From assembly GCA_041497675.1 (NCBI GenBank), contig JBGQGY010000036.1, positions 1 through 27,319 of the forward strand: 27,319 bases of DNA, given 5' to 3'. Positions 7,491-15,856 of the stretch are shown in pieces (position 1 is the stretch's first letter; every line of letters starts with the position of its first letter). The stretch comes from a bacterium (lineage in GTDB: Bacteria > Sysuimicrobiota > Sysuimicrobiia > Sysuimicrobiales > Humicultoraceae). The translations under genes were made by a program, and so were the position numbers. The notes under the pieces are model-generated. The model ran no database searches. It worked only from the letters and a program-made list of their open reading frames with translations, and was not told the DNA's origin.

Positions 7491-8954
7491 ATGGCTACGA
7501 CGCAGTGGACGCAAATCCTCAAAAAGATCGACGAGTATCGGTGGGAGCTCCCGACGTCGTACAAACCCGGCATGCGCGTGCCTGGGTTGATCTACGCGGA
7601 TGAGCGCATGCTGCAGTCCATGGAAGGGGAGCAGGCGATCGATCAGGTCGCGAACGTGGCGACCCTACCGGGCATCGTGGGAAAGTCGCTGGCGATGCCT
7701 GACATCCACTGGGGCTACGGGTTCCCGGTGGGCGGCGTCGCAGCGTTCGATGCCGATGAAGGGATTATTTCCCCCGGCGGGATCGGTTTCGATATCGACT
7801 GCGGCGTCAGATTGATCAGAACCAATCTCACCGAAGATGAGGTCCGGCCCCAGATTGAACGGCTCATGGATGTGCTATTCAGCACGGTGCCCTCGGGTGT
7901 CGGGGTTGGCGGGCGGGTGAAGACCAGCATGACCGAGATTGATGACGTGCTCTCCAAAGGCGCCCGCTGGGCCGTCTCAAAGGGCTACGGCGTGGCTCGA
8001 GATCTGGAAGTCATTGAAGCGGGCGGAGCTCTGGAGCGGGCGAGTCCTGAAGATGTCAGCACGCAGGCAAAACAGCGAGGCCGCGGTCAAATCGGGACTC
8101 TGGGGTCGGGGAATCACTTTCTGGAAGTCCAGGTTGTCGATGAGATTTTCGATCCCGCTGCCGCAGAGGCGATGGGTATTGGCAGTGACGGTCAAATCGT
8201 CGTGCTCATCCATTCCGGGTCTCGTGGGCTTGGCCATCAAGTGTGCACGGACCATCTTCGAGTCTGCGAGCGTGCGGCGAAGGCGTTTGGAATCAGTCTC
8301 GTCGATCGCCAGCTCGCGTGTGTGCCGCTCAAATCCGACGAAGGACAGAGCTACTTCGGCGCGATGTGCGCCGCGGCCAACTTCGCGTGGGCCAACCGGC
8401 AGGTGATGACCCACTGGGCGCGCGAGAGCTTCGAGCGCGTGTTCAAGCGTGGATGGGAGCAGTTGGGCATCGAACTCGTCTATGACGTCGCGCACAACAT
8501 CGGTAAGATCGAAGAGTACGAGGTCGAGGGGCGGCGGCGACTGGTGTGCGTGCACCGGAAAGGCGCGACGCGGGCGTTCCCGCCCGGTCATCCTGAGGTG
8601 CCCGAGCGCTACCGGCACATCGGTCAGCCGGTCTTTATCCCCGGGGATATGGGCCGATATTCCTTTGTCGCCGTCGGCGCCGAGGGTGCGATGCGCGAAT
8701 CGTTTGGGTCCACGTGCCACGGAGCGGGTCGGATGCTCGGTCGAAAGGCCGCGGTTCGCAAGCTGGCGGGTCGAGACATCGCAGGTGACCTGCAGCGCGC
8801 CGGGATCGTCGTGCGGGCGGCCGATCGCAGCCTGCTGGCTGAGGAGGCGTCGGTGGCGTACAAGGACGTCGCCGATGTTGTGTCGATCTGTCATCACGCC
8901 GGTCTGAGCCGGCGCGTCGCCCGCACGCGTCCCATCGGCGTCGTGAAGGGGTAG
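7491..8954 (+). CDS. rtcB: RNA 3'-phosphate/5'-OH ligase RtcB (long archaeal/eukaryote-like type)
   Basis: MPDIHWGYGFPVGG, GFDIDCG, GTLGSGNHFLE, HSGSRG, YDVAHN, HRKGAT, PGDMG, STCHGAGR, EEA..AYKDV and terminal VKG. 487 aa, no intein. Confidence 0.97.
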   Translation: MATTQWTQILKKIDEYRWELPTSYKPGMRVPGLIYADERMLQSMEGEQAIDQVANVATLPGIVGKSLAMPDIHWGYGFPVGGVAAFDADEGIISPGGIGFDIDCGVRLIRTNLTEDEVRPQIERLMDVLFSTVPSGVGVGGRVKTSMTEIDDVLSKGARWAVSKGYGVARDLEVIEAGGALERASPEDVSTQAKQRGRGQIGTLGSGNHFLEVQVVDEIFDPAAAEAMGIGSDGQIVVLIHSGSRGLGHQVCTDHLRVCERAAKAFGISLVDRQLACVPLKSDEGQSYFGAMCAAANFAWANRQVMTHWARESFERVFKRGWEQLGIELVYDVAHNIGKIEEYEVEGRRRLVCVHRKGATRAFPPGHPEVPERYRHIGQPVFIPGDMGRYSFVAVGAEGAMRESFGSTCHGAGRMLGRKAAVRKLAGRDIAGDLQRAGIVVRAADRSLLAEEASVAYKDVADVVSICHHAGLSRRVARTRPIGVVKG

Positions 8955-8965
8955 GGGGGGTCGGC

Positions 8966-10123
8966 GTGAACGTGCTGGCGACCGAAGAGCAACGGCTCAT
9001 CCACCAGACCGTCCGGGAATTCGCCCGCGACGAGATCCGACCGCATGCCGCCCAATGGGATCGTGAAGGACGATTTCCGATGGAGCTGGTGCCTCGGCTG
9101 GCCTCGTTGGGGCTGATGGGGATGGCGGCGCCGGCGGAGTACGGCGGCTCGGGGCTGGACGCGATGTCCATCGCGACGGCGGTGGAGGCACTGGCCTGGG
9201 GTGACGGCGGCGTGGCGCTGTCGGTTGCATCCCACAACTCGCTGTGCACCGGCCACCTGGCCGCGTTTGCCAGCGATGCGCAGAAACGACGCTTTCTGCC
9301 GCGGCTCGCTACGGGCGAGGCGCTTGGGGCCTGGTGTCTGACCGAACCAGGCGCGGGGAGCGACGCGGCTGCGATCCAGACGCGCGCTGAGCGCCGAGGC
9401 GATTACTGGGTGCTCAACGGCAACAAGGCGTTCATCTCGCAGGGCAGCATCGGCGGCGTCTACGTGGTGATGGCCGTGACGACTCCCGGCAAGGGGCGGG
9501 CCGGCATCACGGCGTTTGTCGTCGACCGCGAGACGCCGGGGCTCGAGACCGGGCGGAAGGAAGACAAACTCGGCGTTCGCAGCAGCGATACCGCGGAGGT
9601 GCGGTTCGTCGATTGCGCGATCCCCGACGAGCAGCGCGTCGGCGAGGTCGGCGACGGCTATCGTCAGGCGATGCGTGTGCTCGAACGGGGTCGCATCGGC
9701 ATCGCCGCCATGGCGGTCGGCATCGGGCGGGCGGCGCTCGACGCGAGCCTCGTCTACGCGAGAGAGCGCATGGCCTACGGGAAGCCCATCGCCGATCTGC
9801 AGGCCATCCAGTTCATGCTGGCGGATATGGCGACCGAACTGGACGCGGCGTGGCTGTTGACCGAGCGCGCCGCCGACCTCTGCGACCGTGGCGAGGGGTT
9901 TCGCCGAGAAGCGTCGATGGCCAAGTTGTACGCTTCGGAGGCCGGTGCGCGTGCCACGGCGAAGGCGGTGCAGATCCACGGTGGATACGGGTTCATCAAA
10001 GACTACCCCGTCGAGCGATTCTACCGCGACATCAAGCTGTGTGAAATCGGTGAAGGGACGAGCGAAGTGCAGCGGGCGATCATTTCCCGCATGACGCTTG
10101 AGGGCGCCGGAGGATCCTGGTGA
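8966..10123 (+). CDS. Acyl-CoA dehydrogenase
   Basis: CLTEPGAGSD, LNGNKAFIS, KLGVRSSDT, GRIGIAA, QIHGGYG, IGEGTSEVQR. Confidence 0.95.
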   Translation: MNVLATEEQRLIHQTVREFARDEIRPHAAQWDREGRFPMELVPRLASLGLMGMAAPAEYGGSGLDAMSIATAVEALAWGDGGVALSVASHNSLCTGHLAAFASDAQKRRFLPRLATGEALGAWCLTEPGAGSDAAAIQTRAERRGDYWVLNGNKAFISQGSIGGVYVVMAVTTPGKGRAGITAFVVDRETPGLETGRKEDKLGVRSSDTAEVRFVDCAIPDEQRVGEVGDGYRQAMRVLERGRIGIAAMAVGIGRAALDASLVYARERMAYGKPIADLQAIQFMLADMATELDAAWLLTERAADLCDRGEGFRREASMAKLYASEAGARATAKAVQIHGGYGFIKDYPVERFYRDIKLCEIGEGTSEVQRAIISRMTLEGAGGSW

Positions 10124-11973
10124 GCGATCGCCGTCATCCGTTTCTGACCCGGCTTGCCGAGCGGCCGGTGCTCGCCGACGGGGCGATGGGCACGATGCTT
10201 TACGCGCGCGGCGTCCCGTTCGATCAGTGCTTCGACACGGTCAACGTCACCGATCCTGCGATTGTCCGCGGCATCCATCAATCCTATCTGGATGCCGGCG
10301 CCGAACTGCTCGAGACCAACACCTTCGGGGCCAACCGCGTCAAGCTGGCGGCGCACGGGTACGCGGAGCGGACGGCCGAGGTCAACGCGGCGGGGGTGAC
10401 TCTGGCGCGCGAGGCGGCGGGCGCCGCCGGGCGGCCGGTGTGGGTGGCGGGTTCGATAGGGCCGATGGGCCGTCCCATGGCGCCGTTGGGCGCCATGAGC
10501 GTGGAGGAGGCGACAGACGTCTTCAGCGCGCAGGCGCGCGCCCTGACCGAGGCCGGGGCCGATGTGTTGCTGCTCGAGACGTTTGCCGATCTCGGCGAAC
10601 TGATCGCCGCGGTGCACGGGGCGCAGCGCGCCGCCGATCTGCCGATCATCGCGGAGATGACGTTCACCCCCGACGGTCGCACGCTGCTCGGGTACGCGCC
10701 GGAAGAGATCGTCGAGCGGCTTGAGGCCCTGCGCGTGGCGGTGATCGGCGCGAACTGCAGCGTCGGACCCGCCGGCCTTATTGATGTGATGGAGCGGATG
10801 CTCGCGGTCAGCACGATACCGCTGTCCGCCATGCCCAACGCGGGGCTGCCGCAGCACGCCGGCGGCCGGTTGGTCTATGTGGCCTCCCCCGCGTACATGG
10901 CCGAGTACGCGCGGCTGTTGACGGACATGGGCGTGGCGATCGTCGGCGGGTGTTGCGGCACGACCCCCGAGCATATCGCCGCGATGGCGGAGGCGACGAA
11001 GGGGCACGGCACCGCCGTGGCCCGCGTGCGTCTGGCTGCGCCCCCGCCGCCGCAGGCGCGGGCCGTGCCGGTGGTCGAACCGTTGAGCACGCTCGCGCAG
11101 AAAATCGGTACGCGGTTCGTCATCACGGTCGAAGTGTCGCCCCCGCGTGGTGTGCAGGACGCCGACGAGCTGGAAAGCTGTCGGCAGTTGCGCGCAGCGG
11201 GGGTCGATGCCGTCAACGTCGCAGACAATCCAATGGCGCGGCTGCGCATGAGCCCGTGGGCGATGGCGGCGCGCGTCCAACGTGAAGTCGGGGTCGAGAC
11301 GATCCTGCACTTTACAACCCGCGACCGGAACCTGATCCGCCTCCAGTCCGACCTGCTCGCGGTGCACGCGCTGGGCATCCGCACCGTGCTCGTCCTGCGC
11401 GGCGATCCTCCCCAGACGGGCGACTATCCGCAGGCGACGGCGGTCTCCGACGTTCACCCATCGGGTCTGGTCCGGATGATCAAAGGGTTCAACGCAGGTC
11501 GTGATCTGGCCGGCAACTCGATTGGCGAGCCCACGCGCTTCCTGATCGGCGCGGCGCTCAACATGGCGGCCCGCGACCCGGACCGCGAGATCCGCGCGTT
11601 CGAGCGGAAGGTGGCCGCCGGTATCGACTTCGTCTGCACGATGCCGATCTTCGAGCCCGAGACACTCGACCGGTTTACGGCGCGGGTTGGCGCGCTTTCC
11701 GTGCCGGTCCTGGTCGGCGTGCTGCCCCTGCACAGCGCGCGACACGCCGAGTTCCTCCACAATGAGCTGCCCGGCATGGTGGTGCCCGAGGCCGTGCGCG
11801 CGCAGATGCGGGCCAGCCGCGACGGGCGCGACGTCGGCCGCCGGCTGGCGTTGGACCTGCTGCAGGCGGTGCGTCCCCGCGTGGCCGGCACGTACCTGGT
11901 CCCGTCGTTTGGCCGCTACGATCAGATCATCCATCTCGTGGGCGAGATGCGCGCGACCTTGCCGGCGGGGTAG
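10120..11973 (+). CDS. yitJ: Bifunctional homocysteine S-methyltransferase / 5,10-methylenetetrahydrofolate reductase (YitJ type)
   Basis: N-domain DGAMGT, ETNTFGAN, GANCSVGP, PNAG, GGCCGTTP. C-domain EVSPP, ADNPMARLRMS, RDRN, GDPP. GTGA overlap with the ACAD stop. Confidence 0.92.
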   Translation: MSDRRHPFLTRLAERPVLADGAMGTMLYARGVPFDQCFDTVNVTDPAIVRGIHQSYLDAGAELLETNTFGANRVKLAAHGYAERTAEVNAAGVTLAREAAGAAGRPVWVAGSIGPMGRPMAPLGAMSVEEATDVFSAQARALTEAGADVLLLETFADLGELIAAVHGAQRAADLPIIAEMTFTPDGRTLLGYAPEEIVERLEALRVAVIGANCSVGPAGLIDVMERMLAVSTIPLSAMPNAGLPQHAGGRLVYVASPAYMAEYARLLTDMGVAIVGGCCGTTPEHIAAMAEATKGHGTAVARVRLAAPPPPQARAVPVVEPLSTLAQKIGTRFVITVEVSPPRGVQDADELESCRQLRAAGVDAVNVADNPMARLRMSPWAMAARVQREVGVETILHFTTRDRNLIRLQSDLLAVHALGIRTVLVLRGDPPQTGDYPQATAVSDVHPSGLVRMIKGFNAGRDLAGNSIGEPTRFLIGAALNMAARDPDREIRAFERKVAAGIDFVCTMPIFEPETLDRFTARVGALSVPVLVGVLPLHSARHAEFLHNELPGMVVPEAVRAQMRASRDGRDVGRRLALDLLQAVRPRVAGTYLVPSFGRYDQIIHLVGEMRATLPAG

Positions 11974-11978
11974 GCGGC

Positions 11979-12767
11979 GTGTCGCGCGGCGTTCGACTCA
12001 CCGGTCACCGCTTGATCCGCGCGCCGGTACAGCGCGTCTGGCACCTGCTCAGCCGTCCGGAGATCCACCCGCGCTACACCAAGATGTGGATGGCGGCCGA
12101 CGTGCTCGAGCGCTCGCAGACCGGCGCGCTGGTCGAGTTTCGCGGATTCTTCGGCGGCCTGCCGATCGTCTCGGTTCAGCGTCTCACGCTGAAGCCGCCG
12201 TGGCGTTTGGAGTTTCGGCAGGTTCGTGGTGAGCTCCGCGATCTATCGGGCGCCTACGTGTTGAAGGATGTCGAAGGCGAAACCGATCTGTCCTGCGACA
12301 TCGTCGTCGACGCGGGTATCGCGCTCTTCTCCGACACGGCGGTCGAGCAGATCCTCGCCGGCCACACCGAGGGGACGCTCGGCCGCATCAAGACCACGGC
12401 TGAGCGCGACCTTGTACGGATCGGCCGGCGGAGCCGCCCGGGTGCGGCTACCGCGCAGGCAGGCGAACCGAGGGATGCGGACGAGGGTGCCGAGGACGAG
12501 ACAGCGCTGCCCTCAGCGGCGCCCCTGTCTGGCGCGACCCCTGTCGAGCCGCCGGCCGACAATGACGAGGAAGAAGACGCGCCGGTCGCGTCTCAGCCCG
12601 ACGGTGGGCAAGCGACTCGAGCTGACGCGGCCTCGTCCCCCGGGCGGCCGGGTCAAGCGGCGGAGCCTCGGCGCCATCGCCGCCGTCGCCGAGGCCGCCG
12701 CAGGCCGGGTTCGGGCGCGCGGCAAGACGCCGCCGGGCCGGGAGGCGCACCGCCGGCCGGGCGATAG
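11979..12767 (+). CDS. SRPBCC/START-fold (polyketide cyclase/Coq10-like) protein with long low-complexity C-terminal tail
   Basis: IRAPVQRVWHLL...RLEFRQVRGELRDLSGAYVL...LGRIKTTAE is a typical SRPBCC pattern (about 145 aa), followed by about 115 aa rich in A/P/E/D/R. Confidence 0.7.
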   Translation: MSRGVRLTGHRLIRAPVQRVWHLLSRPEIHPRYTKMWMAADVLERSQTGALVEFRGFFGGLPIVSVQRLTLKPPWRLEFRQVRGELRDLSGAYVLKDVEGETDLSCDIVVDAGIALFSDTAVEQILAGHTEGTLGRIKTTAERDLVRIGRRSRPGAATAQAGEPRDADEGAEDETALPSAAPLSGATPVEPPADNDEEEDAPVASQPDGGQATRADAASSPGRPGQAAEPRRHRRRRRGRRRPGSGARQDAAGPGGAPPAGR

Positions 12768-12790
12768 CATAGGCGGACTTCCAACGCGGA

Positions 12791-12799
12791 TGCTACACT
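12791..12799 (+). promoter_or_regulatory. Putative extended -10 promoter for mrp
   Basis: TGcTACACT about 65 nt upstream of the mrp ATG, with a strong SD AGGAGGT before the ATG. Confidence 0.5.
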
Positions 12800-12864
12800 C
12801 TGAGGGGAGTGACCGGCCGCCGATCGTCCGCGCGGCCTGCATCTTGCTACGCAGGAGGTAACTG

Positions 12865-13977
12865 ATGTTCCGTCGCCAGGTGGGGCCGACACGCGAGCAG
12901 GTCCTCGAGGCCCTTCGCGATGTGCAAGACCCCGAGCTGCACAAGAGCATCGTTGAACTCGACATGGTTCGTGAGATCGTCGTCACCGACGGTGCCGTCA
13001 AGGTGGAGGCGGTGCTGACGATCAGCGGGTGCCCACTGCGCGAGACGATCGTCTCGTCGATCAAAGACCGCGTGGCCGCCCTTCCGGGCGTTCGCGGCGT
13101 CGACGTGGTCCTCGGCGTCATGAGCCAGGAGCAGCGTCAGTCGCTCATTCAAAAGTTGCGCGGCGGCGAGATGCACCCGACGAAACGGACCGCGTTCTTG
13201 ACGGCAGAATCCCCCACCCGTGTCATCGCCATCGCGAGCGGCAAGGGTGGCGTCGGCAAATCAACGGTCACCGCCAACCTCGCCATGGCCCTCAGCATGG
13301 ACGGACGACGGGTGGGTGTAATCGACGCGGACGTGTATGGCTTTTCGATTCCCCGGATGCTCGGTGTCAGCGGCCGGCCGACCGCGATCGACCAGATGCT
13401 GATTCCGTTAGAACGGGACGGGATCCGCGTCATGTCCATCGGATTCTTGCTCCCGGATGAGAACGATGCCGTGGTCTGGCGCGGCCCCATGCTCCACAAG
13501 GCGCTGGTGACGTTTATCACCGAAGTGCATTGGGGCGACGACCTTGAGTATCTCTTGCTCGATCTCCCGCCCGGCACCGGTGATGTCTCGCTCTCGATCG
13601 CGCAGACGCTGCCGCAGGCCAGCATGGTGATCGTGACGACGCCACAACCGGCGGCCGTGACCGTCGCCGCGCGCGCGGCGAAGATGGCCGAGAAGGTGAA
13701 CATGGACGTCATCGGGGTGATCGAGAACATGTCCGGGTTTACCCCGGCGCCGGGCGCGCCGCGCATCGACCTCTTCGGTCGCGGCGGAGGACTGCGTCTG
13801 GCCGAGCAACTCGGCGTCCCGCTGCTGGCCGAGGTGCCCTTGGACCTTGCAGTGCGGGAAGGCAGCGACAACGGGCAACCGGTCGTTCGAAGCCAACCAA
13901 CCTCGCCGGCGGCCGTGGCGTTGCGGGATGCGGCCCGCAAGATTGCGCAGCTCCTGCCGGTCGGCGTGCCGGCATGA
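12865..13977 (+). CDS. mrp: Mrp/NBP35/ApbC family P-loop ATPase with N-terminal DUF59 (FeS_assembly_P) domain, lacking the C-terminal CxxC
   Basis: DPEL..SIVEL, LTISGCPL, deviant Walker A SGKGGVGKST, DADVYGFS, WRGPM, DLPPGTGD, VTTPQ, ENMS, FGRGGG. Confidence 0.93.
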   Translation: MFRRQVGPTREQVLEALRDVQDPELHKSIVELDMVREIVVTDGAVKVEAVLTISGCPLRETIVSSIKDRVAALPGVRGVDVVLGVMSQEQRQSLIQKLRGGEMHPTKRTAFLTAESPTRVIAIASGKGGVGKSTVTANLAMALSMDGRRVGVIDADVYGFSIPRMLGVSGRPTAIDQMLIPLERDGIRVMSIGFLLPDENDAVVWRGPMLHKALVTFITEVHWGDDLEYLLLDLPPGTGDVSLSIAQTLPQASMVIVTTPQPAAVTVAARAAKMAEKVNMDVIGVIENMSGFTPAPGAPRIDLFGRGGGLRLAEQLGVPLLAEVPLDLAVREGSDNGQPVVRSQPTSPAAVALRDAARKIAQLLPVGVPA

Positions 13978-14001
13978 CGCCGGCGGGCGACATCGACGAC
14001 A

Positions 14002-14868
14002 GTGGACCGCCGCAGCGGGTCGAGATCGACCGCGACTAGGCCGGACGCGCGGACGGTTCTTGCCCCGGCGTTGGCCGCGGCTCTCGCCGTGGCCGTGTCG
14101 GCGCTAAGCGTCGTCGCGGCGGCGGCGGCGCCACCGGCCTCGGGGCCTCGCATCACCGTGACCGCCGATACGATGGACGTCGACACGGTCACGAGGACCG
14201 TAGCAGCGACCGGCCACGTGCGGGTCACCGACGGCACCGTCACCGGGACCGCATCAAAAGCCACACTCTATCACGCACAGGGTCGGGGGATACTTGTCGG
14301 CAACGCGAGAATCACCGCGCCCCAGGGCGTGCTGGTTGGGGGCGAGATCACGTTCACCTACACGACCAGAATCGTGACACGCATCGTCTCGCGCGGCGAC
14401 GCGGGTCTTGAGATGAGCATCGGCCGGCTCTCCGGCGGGACGATCACCGTGACGCCGCCAAGCGACTCGGTCGTCGCGGAGGAGAACGTCACGTTTCTGA
14501 GCCCGCCCGACGTGGTCGCGACCGCACGCAGGCTGTCATTCGATCGTGGGCGAGGTCGGGCGGTGCTGGATGGCGGCGCACGGCTGGAAAATCGCGACGG
14601 GTTCATCCGGGGTGAACGAATCGAAGGGGTCGACCGTCTCGAGCGGGCATCGGTGACGGGCGGCGTCATCGGGCGGTACCGCGACATCGATGCGCGGAGC
14701 CAGACGGCCGAGTATGACGCCAAGGAGAAGAAGATCGTGTTCATCGGCGACGCCGAAGTCACGCAGGCGGGCCGCCGTCTGTTCACCGAGCGAGTGACGG
14801 TGTGGTATGCGGCCGGGAGAATCGTCGCCGAGGGCGCCACACGCGTGCGCATCGAGCCGACGCCCTGA
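14002..14868 (+). CDS. LptA/OstA family periplasmic beta-jellyroll protein (start uncertain)
   Basis: Ala-rich signal peptide followed by repeated OstA-like strands: ITVTADTMDVD..ATGHVRVT, AEENVTF..ATARRLSFD, SQTAEYD..IVFIGDAEVTQ. Confidence 0.7.
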   Translation: MDRRSGSRSTATRPDARTVLAPALAAALAVAVSALSVVAAAAAPPASGPRITVTADTMDVDTVTRTVAATGHVRVTDGTVTGTASKATLYHAQGRGILVGNARITAPQGVLVGGEITFTYTTRIVTRIVSRGDAGLEMSIGRLSGGTITVTPPSDSVVAEENVTFLSPPDVVATARRLSFDRGRGRAVLDGGARLENRDGFIRGERIEGVDRLERASVTGGVIGRYRDIDARSQTAEYDAKEKKIVFIGDAEVTQAGRRLFTERVTVWYAAGRIVAEGATRVRIEPTP

Positions 14869-14887
14869 TTCCGGGGAGGCGAAGCAC

Positions 14888-15799
14888 ATGGTCATCGAAC
14901 GCGTCCGACGGCCGAATCTGGAGGCGGTATCCCTGGCGCATGGGAAGCGGGCACGGCTCCACAGGCTGCTCTACACACACGGCCCTGCCGAAGGCACCAT
15001 GTTGGTGCTTCCGGTTGACCAAGGGCTCGAGCACGGCCCAGCCGATTTTCTGCCCAACCCACCCAGCGAGTCTCCATTCTTTCAAATCGGTCTCGCCATC
15101 GACGGGGGGTATTCCGCAGTCGCGTTTCACTATGGGATCGCCGCGCGGTACATGCCGGCCTACGCGGGCCGGATCCCCCTGATCCTGAAGCTCAACGGGA
15201 AGACCGAGATCCCGCCCTCCGACAAGCCTTTTTCCGGGTTGACCGGAACCGTTGAGGACGCAGTGCGGTTGGGCGCCGATGGGGTCGGCTACACCGTGTA
15301 CGTCGGGTCACCGCGACAGGACGAGGACTTCGCGCAGTTGCAGCGTGTACGGGCCGAGTGCGACCGCTTCGGGATGCCGTTGTTTGTCTGGGCATACCCG
15401 CGCGGCGAGGCGATCGACAAGAAGGGCGGTCGCGAGAGCCTGTACGCGGTGGACTACGCGGCCAGGGTCGCGGCCGAGCTCGGCGCCGACGTCATCAAAC
15501 TCAACGTGCCCACGTTTGACCAAAAGGCCAGGGAGAGTTCGCCGAAGCCGTACGACGACATGATCCTGGAGTACCGCGCGGCGGTCGAAAAGATCGTCCG
15601 CACGGCCGGACAGTGCTTCGTGCTCTTCTCCGGTGGAAGCAAGATCGGCGACACCGATCTCCTGACCAAGGCCCGCATGGTGATGGAGGCCGGGGCGACA
15701 GGATTGATCTTTGGTCGCAACATGTGGCAGCGGCCGATCGCCGAGGCGTTGCGGCTGACCGAGGAGATCAAGCGCATCATGCGCGCCGCCGCGGCATGA
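14888..15799 (+). CDS. Class I fructose-bisphosphate aldolase (DhnA/FbaB, archaeal type)
   Basis: PVDQGLEHGP, LKLNGKT, GYTVYVGS, WAYPRG, Schiff-base ELGADVIKL, SGGSK, FGRNMWQR. SD GGGGAGG before ATG 14888. Confidence 0.9.
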   Translation: MVIERVRRPNLEAVSLAHGKRARLHRLLYTHGPAEGTMLVLPVDQGLEHGPADFLPNPPSESPFFQIGLAIDGGYSAVAFHYGIAARYMPAYAGRIPLILKLNGKTEIPPSDKPFSGLTGTVEDAVRLGADGVGYTVYVGSPRQDEDFAQLQRVRAECDRFGMPLFVWAYPRGEAIDKKGGRESLYAVDYAARVAAELGADVIKLNVPTFDQKARESSPKPYDDMILEYRAAVEKIVRTAGQCFVLFSGGSKIGDTDLLTKARMVMEAGATGLIFGRNMWQRPIAEALRLTEEIKRIMRAAAA

Positions 15800-15856
15800 G
15801 ACCGCCGGGAGCGCGCGGACGGGCCGCCGGCGGACGGGACGCGGGCCCGTGATCCG

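Noticed and set aside
7780..7810. Intein in RtcB
   Set aside because: The protein is contiguous and of normal length (487 aa), with no splicing or endonuclease motifs.
8947..8960. G7 tract as a phase-variation or G-quadruplex element
   Set aside because: It is short, essentially intergenic and adequately explained as the purine-rich RBS of the acyl-CoA dehydrogenase.
10021..11934. Long antisense and alternate-frame ORFs (637 aa here; also 65-1093, 3534-4697, 8894-9979, 13149-14264)
   Set aside because: They shadow well-supported genes, lack family motifs, and are expected from stop-codon scarcity in GC-rich coding DNA.
12796..12864. SAH or other known riboswitch downstream of yitJ (CTCTGAGGGG start)
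   Set aside because: The following bases do not fit the SAH core (GAGCGYTGC...AGGCTC), and the element overlaps a likely -10 box.
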